NCBI RefSeq assembly: GCF_902713615.1
Contig: NW_024055785.1
Coordinates: 124,001 to 188,000 of the forward strand
Origin: Scyliorhinus canicula
Taxonomy: Eukaryota
Length of the DNA: 64,000 nt
Reading direction: 5' to 3'
Made by a program: the position numbers and the translations under genes. Of the stretch, positions 12,779 to 25,040 are shown piece after piece. The notes beneath the pieces are model-generated. The model saw nothing but the letters and a program-made list of their open reading frames with translations. It was not told the origin of the DNA and ran no database searches. Every line of letters starts with the position of its first letter. The first letter of the stretch is position 1.

Positions 12779-13365
12779 CAATCATCGACATGGGTACCAC
12801 CATTACACATGGTAACACCACCCACCAGGTATGCGGCACATACTCGTGCGACTCGACCAATGTAGTCTACCTCCTACGCTGCAGGAAAGGATGTCCCAAA
12901 GCGTGGTACATTGGCGAGACCATGCAGACACTGCGACAACGAATGAACGGGCATCGTGCGACAATCACCAGGCAGGAATGTTCCCTTCCAGTGGGGAGCA
13001 CTTCAGCAGTCAAGGGCATTCAGCCTCTGATCTCCGTGTAAGCATTCTCCAAGGCGGTCTTCAGGACACGCGACAACGCAGAATTGCCGAGCAAAAACTT
13101 ATAGCTAAGTTTCGCACGCATGAGTGCGGCCTCAACCGGGATCTTGGATTCATGTCACATTACATCCACCCCCCACCATTTGGCCTAGAGTTGCAAAATC
13201 CTACCAACTGTTCTGCCTTGAGACAATTCACACCTCTTTAACCTGTGATTATCCCTATCTCTGGATCTGTAATGGTTTGATTATCTGCAAATGCTCGCAT
13301 TCCAAGTATTGTCCGGCATCTCTGACTTTGTCTATATAAATGTTTCTGGAACATACCTCGCCATT

Positions 13366-13400
13366 CACCTGAGAAAGGAGCTGTACTCCGAAAGCTTGTG
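13366..13400 (+). ncRNA. Minimal hammerhead-ribozyme motif (core G8>A variant) in upstream pseudo-LTR
   Basis: CAC-CTGAGAA-A-GGAG(ctgta)CTCC-GAA-AGCT-T-GTG. Confidence 0.5.
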
Positions 13401-13651
13401 TTTGAAACAAACCTGTTGGACTTTAACCTGGTGTTGTAAGACTTCTTACTGTGCTCACCCTAGTCCAACGCCAACATCTCCACATCATGGTTACCATCGA
13501 CACCGCAAACTGCCGGCTCAAAGTGGAGAGGATCTCCAGAAAGATCGCGCATATAGACACTGACATTAAGTTTCTACAAAGATGCAAAAAAGCAGATAAG
13601 ATCCCGAAAGGGCTACAGGTCACAAACCCACTCAAGTCGACCTACAACACA

Positions 13652-14113
13652 TGAGGATGTGAAGCAAGGGTTAATAGCCAGAAAGAGCCAGAATGATCGG
13701 GATACTTTAGTGGAAAATCACAAAGTAGAGGAATGTGTTATTGAAGCCATTGAAGGAGAATGAATTTGCTCAGAGAAGGGAGTGATATTTGAAGTTGTGA
13801 GCCGACTCATGACTATAAGCCAAACAGCCTTGAGAAACAAGGCGCATGGCCAGATGACAGGATATGAAATGTGGGAGACGCTTGCAACTATAGCTAACAC
13901 TTGTTAATTAAGCTAAGACTGCTACATACTCATGTGCCAATAGATAACCTCAAAGTCTGTAAAATCATGTACTGGAACTATTGTAATAACCAATCTATGC
14001 TTTGTAATGTGGGCAAGCTCAAGTGAATGTAAGAGACAACCCCTTAAAAAATATATAAAAAAGGGATGCTTTGAGCAAGACTTTGGCACTCTCAGAGGTG
14101 TTTCTTTGGAATA
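13652..14113 (+). mobile_element. LTR-like (U3/TATA) insertion interrupting the Penelope ORF
   Basis: Non-Penelope ~460 bp starting with TG, with CCAAT at 13937 and 13990 and TATATAAAA at 14052-14060. Supplies the stop of ORF 13451..13654. No canonical CA end seen. Confidence 0.45.
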
Positions 14114-16788
14114 CCGCACCTCTGTCACACTCCTCAAACTCCTCGTACACCAGCTCTCCAGCAGTCGACGCAACCTGGAAACCAAGATAGAGGCAATATT
14201 CTCAACTTGCGCTCAGGATACAGCAGACCAGCTGCGTAACACCGCCAAACAGATGAGACAAAGATACTATGCCACCTATATACACACCAAGAACAGAAAG
14301 CTTGAGAAACTCGGCATCACCAATCAAGCCTCCCCCTGTACCACAGTCGAAAACAATACACAGAAATCTATTGTCAACTTGTCAGACTACACCCTTCAAC
14401 CAGATGAAATCGAAGTCCTCAGCAGAGGGCTCAATTTCTGCACCACCACCAAAATGGACCCCATCAGTCTCGCGGCAGACACGGAGGAATTCATCAGGCG
14501 AATGAGGCTCCGGGAATTCTTCCACAGACCCCAAGATGCCGACAGCGAACCCAAGGGGACGACCAATGAACCGGACCAGCAGACCGCGAGATCTGCGGTG
14601 CAGCAAACGAAAAGGAAAGAGTCGAATTGGACCCCTCCGGAAGGCCGCTGCCCTCGACTCGACATGTATACTCAAGCCGTCAGAACTCGTGTCAATGCCA
14701 GATTAATCAGTCGCATTCACAAGGCAGCCCCGAACGTCAACCAAGCACAACGCAACGCCATCCGCATTCTCAAGACCAACCACAACATTGTCATCAAACC
14801 AGCAGACAAAGGAGGGGCCACCGTCATACTGAACAGAACCGACTACTGCAAAGAAGTTTACCGACAACTCAACAACCAGGAACACTACAGACAGTTACCC
14901 GCAGATCCAACCAAGGAACACATCCGCCAACTCAACAGACTGATCAGGACCTTGGATCCAGACCTTCAGAGCACCCTACGTGCTCTCATCCCACGTAATC
15001 CCCGCATTGGAGATCTCTACTGCCTCCCGAAAATACACAAGGCCAACACACCAGGCCGTCCTATCGTTTCAGGCAATGGGACCCTGTGTGAGAACCTCTC
15101 TGGCCACATCGAGGGTACCTTGAAACCCATCGTACAAGGTACACCCAGCTTCTGTCGCGACACGACGGACTTCCGACGGACTCAGCACCCATGGACCAGT
15201 TGAACCAGGAACATTCCTCGTCACAGTGGATGTCTCGGCACTCGACACCAGCATTCCCCATGATGACAGCACAGCTGCAACAGCCTCAGTACTCAACACC
15301 AACAACTGCCAATCTCCAGACGCAATTCTGCAACTCATCCGCTTCATTCTAGATCACAACGTCTTCACCTTCGACAACAAATTCTTCATCCAGATGCATG
15401 GAACAGCCATGGGGACCAAATTTGCACCTCAATATGCCAACATCTTCATGCACAAGTTTGAACAAGACTTCCTCACCACACAGGACCTGCAACCGATGTT
15501 ATACACCAGATACATCGATGACATTTGTTTCCTTTGGACCCACAGCGAAGAATCACTGAAACGACTACACGATGAGATCAATAAATTCCATCCCACCATC
15601 AGACTCACCATGGACTATTCGCCAAATTCTGTTACATTCTTGGACACACTCATCTCCATCAAGGACGGTCACCTTAGCACTTCGCTTTACCGCAAGCCCA
15701 CAGACAACCTCACGATGCTCCACTTCTCCAGCATTCACCCGAAACACATTAAAGAAGCCATCCCCTATGGACAAGCCCTCCGTATACACAGGATCTGCTC
15801 AGACGAGGAGGAGCGTAACAGACACCTACAGATGCTGAAAGATGCTCTCGTACGAACGGGATATGGCACTCGACTCATCAATCGACAGTTCCAACGCGCC
15901 ACAGCAAAAAACCGCACCGACCTCCTCAGAAGACAAACACGGGACACCACTGACAGAGTACCCTTCGTTGTTCAGTACTTTCCTGGGGCGGAGAAACTAC
16001 AACATCTTCTTCGCAGCCTTCAACACATCATCAATGAAGATGGACATCTTGCCAAGGTCATCCCCACACCCCCACTACTGGCCTTCAAACAACCGCGCAA
16101 CCTCAAACAAACCATTGTTTGCAGCAAATTACCCAGCCTTCAGAACAGCGACCACGATACCACACAACCCTGCCAGAGCATTCTCTGCAAGACATGCGAG
16201 GTCATCGACTTGGATACCACCATTACACGTGGAAACACCACCCACCAGGTACGAGGCACATACCCGTGCGACTCGACCAATGTAGTCTACCTCTTACGCC
16301 GCAGGAAAGGATGTCCCGAAGCGTGGTACACATTGGTGAGACCATGCAGACACTGCGACAACGAATGAACGGGCATTGTGCGACAATCACCAGGCAAGAT
16401 TGTTCCCTTCCAGTCGGGGAACACTTCAGCAGTCAAGGGCATTCAGTCTCTGATCTCCGGGTAAGCGTTCTCCAAGGCGGTCTTCATGACACGCGACAAC
16501 GCAGAATTGCCGAGCAAAAACTTATAGCTAAGTTCGGCACGCATGAGTGAGGCCTCAACAAGGATCTTGGATTCATGTCGCATTACATCCACCCCCCACC
16601 ATCTGGCCTGAACTTGCAAAATCCTACCAACTGTTCTGGCTTGAGACAATTTACACCTCTTTAACCTGTGATTATCCCTCTCCCTGGATCTGTAATGTTT
16701 TGATTACCTGCAAATGCTCGCATTCCAAGCATTGTCCAGCATCTCTGACTTTGTCTACATAAATGTTTCTGGAACATACCTCTCCATT

Positions 16789-16823
16789 CACCTGAGGAAG
16801 GAGCTGCGCTCCGAAAGCTCGTG
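16789..16823 (+). ncRNA. Minimal type I hammerhead ribozyme in downstream pseudo-LTR
   Basis: Stem I CAC/GTG, core CTGAGGA, stem II GGAGC-tgc-GCTCC, GAA, palindromic AGCT stem III, cleavage triplet CUC. This is the architecture known from Penelope-like elements. Confidence 0.65.
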
Positions 16824-17994
16824 TTTCAAACAAACCTGTTGGTCTTTAACCTGGTGTTGTAAGACTTCATATTGAATGGTGTTAAAGGCTCGAAGTGCCA
16901 CATGGCCTACTCCTGCACCTATTTTTTTTATGTTTCTATGTTTCACGCGCTCTTTCTAGCCGCCACTGGAAGGATTTCCGACTGATAATCAACCAGTTTG
17001 GCCAGGTTATGAATAAACCTGTCATTTTCATAAATTCTTGAATTGCGGCACCATCCCGGAAGTTCTATGAGAGTTAGAGGCGCTGCTCAGTGGGCCACAA
17101 GATCTCTGCATGAAAATGAAAAAAAAATGAAAATTGCTGATTGTCACGAGTAGGCTTCAATGGTTACTGTGAAAAGCCCCTAGTCGCCACATTCCCGCGC
17201 CTGTTCGGGGAGGTTGGTACGGGAATTGAATCGTGCTGCTGGCCTGCGATTTAGCCCAGTGTGCTGAACCAGTCCCATTCGCGGATAGATTCGCAGCTGA
17301 ATAAATATACAGGTAAACAGACAGAGAGGCAATACACTGATGTATATTCTTAGCTTAAATAGAAAGATAGGCAGAAATGCAAATACCTTGTTGAATCCGA
17401 AATAAAGACAAATGATTAAATTTGAATAGAGGCCAAGCACTATTTGTAGTTCGTGTTGAGTATGTGGAAAATGCACAGTATCACCTTTAAGTATGGAAAT
17501 CTCAGCGCTGCACTGACAGCTGATCTATTGCACGGAGCCAGGTTGATGATAGTTTCACGTCGAAGGTCACGACATGGAAATAAAGTGTATGCTGTCAACT
17601 GATCTTATAAATTAGCCACTCTGTAATTGCAAGCTGTGATCCACCTCCTCAGCAGCCCGCATCAGAAGGAAGATAATCCAAACATTTCTCTGAGTTGGGA
17701 ATTGATAAACAGATCCAGATCTAAACCTAACTGTCTTTTTATCTATCTTCTCCCAGCGTTTCTAAATCCAGATCGATTTTTTTCACGCCTTGAAAATGGC
17801 TTTTATTCTATGGATATATGCATTTTTAAGTCTAAATCGATAATGACTAATGCACGTCTCTTCGTTTCCATAACTATTCACATTTTTATCAAAGCTGTGA
17901 AGTCTGTATGCCAATATTTGTAAAGATTATCTTTTTCCATGAAGTCATGTTGGTGCCATTGATGTATTCCGATATCCAAGAAATCTTTAATGTG

Positions 17995-18300
17995 GGCGGA
18001 TCGGTAGCGCAGTGGTTAGCACTGTTGCTTCACAGTGCCAGGGACCCAGGTCCGATTCCTGGCTTGGGTCACCGTCTGTGCGGAGTCTACACGTTCTCCC
18101 CGTGTCTGAATGGGTTTCCTCTGCGTTCTCCAGTTTCCTCCTGCAGGTTGGGTGAATCGGCCATGCTAAATTGTCCCTTAATGTCCAAACGGTTAGGTGG
18201 GGAAGGGTGGAGGGGTGCGTTTAAGTTGGGTGCACTTTCCCAGGCTCGGTGCATACTTGATGGGCCGAATGGCCTCCTTCTGCGCAGTAAATTCTATAAT
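17995..18300 (+). mobile_element. tRNA-derived SINE
   Basis: ggatcggtagcgcagtggttagcactgttgcttcacagtgccagggacccagg head and family core. Confidence 0.7.
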
Positions 18301-19514
18301 TTACTCAACAGTTTCTGCATTACAGACTGAAGTGTTTAATTTTCCAGGTCTGCTTGTCACTTTTTTTAAAGCCTTGATCACATTAATTTACGTACAGACT
18401 ACAGGAACTATCCCGAATCGTTGTGCTATAGATATAGTGACTCGGGCACGTGCCCCATGTCTTTGATGGGCCTCGGGTGGGTATCTCTTCTTAAGTAAAG
18501 CTAAAATACTTTGTTTATAAAGCTGGGTATGTCAGAGAACAGATAAACAGGCAATGTACAAATTTCTCATAATTGAATTGATCCATTTATGCTAGTAATA
18601 GAACATAGAACATACAGCACAGAACAATGTGGCGGCTTGGTCGGCTAGAGGCTGGGAACTCTGCGGTGAGTAACCCACCAACTGTCCTTGCAAAGCCTGT
18701 CTCCAATTACAAGGCACAAGACAGGAATGTAATGGAATACTCCATCCTTGTCTGGACGATTGCACTTCCAACAAATCTGACGAAGCTCAACGCTACCCAT
18801 GATAAAAGAACCCTCTTGATTGTCAGCTCACCCCCCCCCCCCCCTCCGCCACTCACGCTTGAATATTCACATCCTCCACCATAACGGACAGTGGCTGCAG
18901 TGTGTACCAGCTATGAAATGTATTGCAGTAACTGACGAATAGTCACTGACAGCACCTTCCTGATTTGCGACATCTACCATCTAGAAGGACGAAGGTAACA
19001 GGTGGATGGGAAGATCAGCCCACGAAATTCCTCTTTAAGCGACACACATGGAGTCAGAGTGATTTTCCAGCACGGAAAGAGGCCCTGCAGCCCATCGTGT
19101 CAGCATCTATCTAGTCTAAGTGTTGTAAATGCTGATCTGGTTTACTGATGCACTTTAGGGCGAGGAATCCTTTGTTCTTACCTGGCCTCTGAGCGAATAA
19201 CGAAGAATATCGCAAGGGTGAAATGTCTGTTTTTGAATAGAAACATGCCTCTGTGTGGAGTTTATATTGAGAACTAGGAAAACTCTGAGCATCATCATCG
19301 TGCATGGAACGTTCAGTGTGGACTAAAACCTGATTTATGCACGGTGAGTTTTGAATCGTGCAAACGGATTAGCTGCTGCGTCCATGTTGGAAAAAGCTTT
19401 TAATGGCCGCTGATTTACTGAATTACCTGTTAAACGTTAAAATGTCGAAGGTGAGTGATGACCAGAATCTTAGTGACCTCAGAGCCCACAGGGTGCAATC
19501 TGGCCTCTGCCCAA

Positions 19515-19810
19515 AGCATGGTAGCATAGTGGTTAGTACTGATGCTTCACAGCTCTCGGGTCCCAGGTTCGATCCGCCCACTTGGGTCACTGTTGGTGTC
19601 GAGTCTGCACATTCTCCCCGTGTCTGCGTGGGGTTACTCCAGTTTCGTCCCACATATCCAAAGCCATGCTGTTCCCTGAATTTGACATTTTGAATTCTCC
19701 TTCTGTGTACCCGGAAAGGCGCCGGAGTGTGGCGACTAGAGAATTTTCATCGAAACATAATTTCAGTGTTAATGTAAGCCGATTTGTAACAATAATAAAG
19801 ATTATTATTG
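19515..19810 (+). mobile_element. tRNA-derived SINE
   Basis: gcatggtagcatagtggttagtactg...ggttcgatcc head with (ATT)n tail. Confidence 0.7.
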
Positions 19811-20619
19811 TTACCAGTCAAGCGGGAGAGTTAGTGGAACTCAACCCGCTTTTTCTTCATCCGGATTTGAACGTGGGTTCCCGGGTGAGTGGACAACTTT
19901 CCGACGAATATTTAATTTTAGTCTGACATCAGCAACCAGATCCAAGATGGGAGGAACCTGAGGTTCTCATGTAATGGATTCGCTGAGTCATTGTACCAAC
20001 TGCAGCTATAAAATGTCCGAACCCATCAGCTGTTTGCACATTTTTGCAGTTGAGTGGAAGACAGCCTGAAATTTCGAATTTCGTGCTTGTATTAGTGCCG
20101 ATTGTCCACACCAGAATCAAGTCCATCTGTGAATTTGCTCTGACATTCCCCGTCAATGCGAAGTCTATGCGTCAGGCAAATCATAACATTCGTGCAGAAG
20201 AAAGCAATCGAGAAGAAGTGGAAGGTGGACGTTCTTTCAGGGGCTGTACAGGTGTAGAGAATGTGACGACCAATGGAAGAGAAAAGAGGTGGATCATGCT
20301 TCAGGAGCGGAATCAGTGAGAATTTCTTCAGCAGAGCGTCTGTGTGGGGTAATAGAAAGTGGAGGTGAATAAGCAGGGAAGGAAGATGGGTGGACAGAAA
20401 GTGCGGATTGGTGCGAATATTGCAGACGTGGCTGAGCGGAGAGCGGGCATTGATAAGCAAGGGGCTGTTGTATCTGTAAAATCTCAGACACTCTGACCAG
20501 TTTATTAATGAAACGTTTTACCCAGATGTCTTTCTTGATGAGGCGAAAAAAGCACAGGACAACTATAAAATCAAACCAAGTTTGAAGAGTAAGAGGGAAT
20601 CTCACAGAACCGTACAAAA

Positions 20620-20980
20620 TTCAAACATGAATAGACAGGGTAGATTCAAAAAGATTGTTCCCGATGGTGGGGGAGTCCAGGACTAGCGGGCATAGACTGA
20701 GGATAAGGAATAAATCTTGTGGGTCTGAGGTGAGGCGATGTTTTCTCATCCGGAGAGTGGTGAATCTGTGGAATTTACTGCCACAGAAAGTAGTTGAGGC
20801 CAAAACGTTTTGTAATTTCAAGAAGCAATTAGCTGTAACTCTTGGGGCTTAATGGGTCACGAGATATGGGCGGGAGGCGGGATAACGGTACTGAACGTGA
20901 TGATCGGCAATGATCATAATCAATGGTGGAGTATGCTCGAAGGTCAAATGGTCTTCTCCTGCTTCTGCTTTCTATGAATG
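20620..20980 (+). mobile_element. CR1 3' fragment
   Basis: ORF 20655..20852 FPMVGESRTSGHRLRIR...RVVNLWNLLP; tail ctcctgcttctgctttctatg. Confidence 0.7.
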
Positions 20981-22864
20981 TTTCGATGTATCTTTATTCA
21001 ATATATTAACCCTTAAAATATTCCAATAACAATCACTATCAAGATTCCGCAGATTCGTGATACTACTCGTGCTAATAAACCTGATCAAGCTGCGGCTCCG
21101 ATTCTCTGAGTTTCATGTTCTTCAGGGCTGTCGTCACAAAGGTGGACGACCTTCCTTTAGCATAGTGGCACAGGGACGGCGCGCTGGCACAGTGGATAGC
21201 AACTGCTGCTTCAAAGCGCTAGGGACCCGGGTTTAATTCCATTCGGTGCCTGTCTGTGTGGAGTTTGCGCATTTCCCCCAAGTTTGAGTGGGTTTTCTCC
21301 GGATTTTCCGGTTCCCGCCACAGTCAAAATGTTTGCAGATTAGGTGGACTGGCCATGCTAAATTGTCCCTTTCTCTCCAATGGTTAGGTGGGTTGAAGGG
21401 ATCTGCGGTCCCAGTAAGGTGTTATTTCAAATGTTTGGTGAGGATCGATAGGCGAAATGGCCTCCTCTGCACTCACGGGATTCTCTGACCCTCTGGTGCG
21501 TCTTCAGAATGGTCAAGATCACCACCACGCCGAGTCTGCACTGGCACGGGTCTTGGGTGTCTATATTGATCTCCCTTTGCGCGCTTTTGCAGAAACATCT
21601 CTGGCTTTCGGCCAATGAGGCAGCGGGAGGGGGGTTCCAAAACCCACTGGATCGGAAGGTGACCGCTGACGTGACACCGCTATCCATCGATGGCGTTGCT
21701 CGCACGTAACCTGTTGCCGTATAAGGTAACAGCTGGAATTCTGGCCCTCGAAAGTCGGGCAAGATGTTATAAATTAACAAGCAATGAATAAAGACAGCGT
21801 GATGCAGGGAAAGAATGACAGAGCAATGAAAAGGGATGCACAGGCAACTTAAGAGAAATATTAAAGAGATACATAGAACGAACAAGCAGATAGAATAACA
21901 TAGAGGGTGCAGACCATTGGTAGAGATAGGGAAACACAGAATGTGAGATGGCGCGATTAAAACAAGGCGAGTGAGGGAAGGAGAAAACAAAGGGGAAAGA
22001 GATAGCAAGGGAAACACATGGGAGCTATTGAAATACTATGGACAGCGAAAGATCCTGCATGACCAGCGGTTTTTCCAATATATTTGTGTTTCCTCCACAG
22101 CTGATGCAGTGAGCAGTTGTTGAGCATTTAGATTCTCAAATATTATCAAGCAGTGGGAACAGAAAGAGTGGAAGTATCAAGGTGAGTATGAAGAAAAGAA
22201 AAAATGGAGAATAAAAGGCAGATAATGGATCGGGAATTAAAACAAATTCCACCAGAACATGTGAATCTCCACCGACCATCTGAAAGAGAGCTCCGCCCAG
22301 GTCCATTGTCCCACCCCATCCACATAACCTTACCCAAGGCGGACAGTGCACCCAACCTGCACAACTTTGGACTGTGGGAGCAGCCGCAGAAAGGCCAGAC
22401 AGAAACAGGGGTAAAGTGGAAACTCCATACAAACAGGCATCCAAGGTCAGAATTGAACTCGGGACCCTGTCAAGGAGCTGGACTAATCATTGTGCCATCG
22501 TGCCTGCGGCAGCACATCCATGCAGGGCAGCGGCTGGCATATTTCAGTCAACAGACGGATATTACCCCGAGGCAGAGAAATTGAGATACACCTTTCTCTA
22601 AATAACATCCCTTTGAGGGACAGGCCACCAAGAATGCAATTAATTCTGGCATATAATCAAATGGTTTGCAAGCAAGTGTGGGCTATCTGGCCCTTTAGCT
22701 TACTCCGCCATTCAATCTAATCTTCGTATATCTGATTGTGGTCTCAATTCCATCTTCCTCTCTGTAATCCCGCCCCCACCCCAGCCAGCACCCGTGGTTC
22801 CCTTAACTATCAACAATCTATCCAACTCAGCCTTGAATACATTTAAAGACACAGCTTCCATTGT

Positions 22865-23045
22865 CTGGTTTAGCTCACTGGGCTAAATCGCTGGCTTTTT
22901 AAGCAGACCAAGCAGGCCAGCAGCACGGTTCGATTCCCGTACCAGCCTCCCCGGACAGGCGCCGGAATGTGGCGACTAGGGGCTTTTCACAGTAACTTCA
23001 TTGAAGCCTACTCTAGACAATAAGCAATTTTCATTTCATTTCATT
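22865..23045 (+). mobile_element. Short tRNA-derived SINE (second family)
   Basis: CTGGTTTAGCTCACTGGGCTAAATCG...GGTTCGATTCCCG with (TTTCA)n tail. Related copies at ~10160-10335(-), ~17125-17278(-), 30834-31013(+), 58390-58570(+) and 63262-63345(+). Confidence 0.7.
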
Positions 23046-23262
23046 ACTTTCTTGGGGTGAATTAGGAGAATTCCGCAGACTAATGAGAGAACAAAATGGC
23101 CTAATTCCAATTTCAAATGTAGAATACTTATTCTTAAACTGTGCCCCTAGTTGAGTCTTCTCGCGCAAGGAAACACTCCCCGTGTATTAACCGCAACATG
23201 TACCCTCAATACATTATGTATTTCAATAAGGTTACCTCTCATTATTCTAAATACAAATGCCT

Positions 23263-24642
23263 AGATAATAACAAAGAACAAAGAAAAGTACAGCACAGGA
23301 ACAGGCAATTCGGCCCTCCAAGCCCATGCCGACCATGCTGCCCGACAAAACTGCAATCTTCTACACTTCCTGGGTCTGCATCCCTCTATTCCCATCCTGT
23401 TCATGTATTTATCAAGATGCCCCTTAAATGTCACTATCGTCCCTGCTTCCACCACCAACTCCAGCACCGAGTTCCAGTCACCCACTACCCTCTGTGTAAA
23501 AAACTTGCCTCGTACATCTACTCTAAACCTTGCTCCTCGCACCTTAAAACTATGCCCCCTAGTAATTGACCCCTCTGGGGAAAAGCTTCTGATTATCCAC
23601 TCTGTATATGCCAATCATAATTGTGTAGACCTCTATCAGGTCACCCCTCAACCTCCGTCGTTCCAGTGAGAACAAACCGAGTTTATTCCACCGCTCCTCA
23701 TTGCTAATGCCCTCCATACCAGGCAACATCCTGGTAAATCTCTTCTGCACTCTCTCTAAAGCTTCAACATCCTTCTGATAGTGTGGCGACTAGAATTGAA
23801 CACTATACTCCAAGTGTGGCCTAACTAAAGTTCTATACAGCTGCAACATGACTTGCCAATTCTTATACTCAATGCCCCGGCCAATGAAGGCAAGCATGCC
23901 GTGTGCCTTCTTGACTACCTTCTCCACCTGTATTGCCCCTTTCCGTGACCAGTGGACCTATCCACCTCCTCGATCTCTCTGACTGTCAATACTCTTGAGG
24001 GTTCTATCATTCACAGTACATTCCCTACCTGCATTAGACCTTCCAAAATGCATTACCTCACATTTGTCCGGATTAAGCTCCATCTGCCATCTCTCCGCCC
24101 AAGTCTCCAAACGATCTAAATCCTGCTGTATCCTCTGACAGCCCTCATCGCTATCCGCAATTCCACCAAGCTTGTGTCGTCTGCAAACTTACTAATCAGC
24201 CCAGTTACAGTTTCCTCCAAATCATTTATATATACTACGAACAGCAAAGGTCCCAGCACTGATCCCTGCGGAACACCACTAGCCACAGCCCTCCAATTAG
24301 AAAAGCACCCTTCCATTGCTACTCTCTGCCTTCTGTGACCTAGCCATTTCTGTATCCACCTTGCCAACTCCCCCCTGATCCCGTGTGACTTCACCTTTTG
24401 TACCAGTCCACCATGAGGGTCCTTGTCAAAGGCCTTACTGAAGCCCATATAGACAACATCCACTGCCCGACCTGCATCAATCATTTTTGTGACGTCTTCG
24501 AAAAACTCTATCAAGGTCGTGAGACACGACCTCCCCTTCACAAAATCATGCTGCCTCTCACTAATATGTCCATATGCGTCCAAATGGGAGTAGATCCTGT
24601 CTCGAAGAATTATCTCCAGTAATTTCTCTACCACTGACGTAA
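23263..24642 (-). mobile_element. 5'-truncated, decayed CR1 LINE (RT region and 3' UTR)
   Basis: ORF 24116..24694: GRSCLTTLIEFF, DVVYMGFSKAFDK, SGVPQGSVLGPLLF, SKFADDT. ORF 23261..23614 carries C-terminal RT motifs. Confidence 0.85.
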
Positions 24643-25040
24643 GGAAGACATAGAAATAGGAAGACATATATCTAAGCGAGGTTGACTGAAACACACTGAC
24701 AGAAATAGATCACGGTTTCAGACGGAGCAATGCATGGAATTTCACAATTGAACAGAGTTCTGCGTGTCTGTACATTTCCAGGGTTCAGATTAATTCACGA
24801 TCTCCGCAATCCTGCATTAATTTGCCACGTGAATCATTCAGTACTATTGGTGTGCACAGTTTGCAGATGTGACTTTTATAAGACTGAAAGAGTGAGAGAG
24901 GAAGAATGGCTTTCGGACCCAATGTATTCCTTCAACAGTCAATAATCTGAGACTAAAACCTGAACCTTTATTGTGCAATATCCACTCGGAGTTTCTCCAT
25001 ATTTTTAATTGGCTGTCTTTATTGTTCGCTAGAACATCAA

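Larger units (their letters stand above)
11976..16870 (+). mobile_element. Penelope-like retroelement (RT + GIY-YIG) with tandem pseudo-LTRs
   Basis: ORF begins at ATG 13487 (MVTIDTANCRLKVE), resumes at 14114 and includes RT motifs (IVIKPADKGGA, GTAMGT, YTRYIDD) and a GIY-YIG-like WYIGET...LRQRMNGH. Frameshifts near 15170 and 16330. About 770-bp direct repeats at 11976-13445 (split by a CR1) and 16097-16870. Confidence 0.9.

Noticed and set aside
19984-20013. AP-1 (TGAGTCA) plus TATAAAA as the GPCR promoter
   Set aside because: 5 kb from the ORF, short motifs, and no supporting exon evidence.
21427-22017. 196-aa hydrophobic ORF
   Set aside because: By-product of a purine-rich low-complexity strand; no start context or family motifs.
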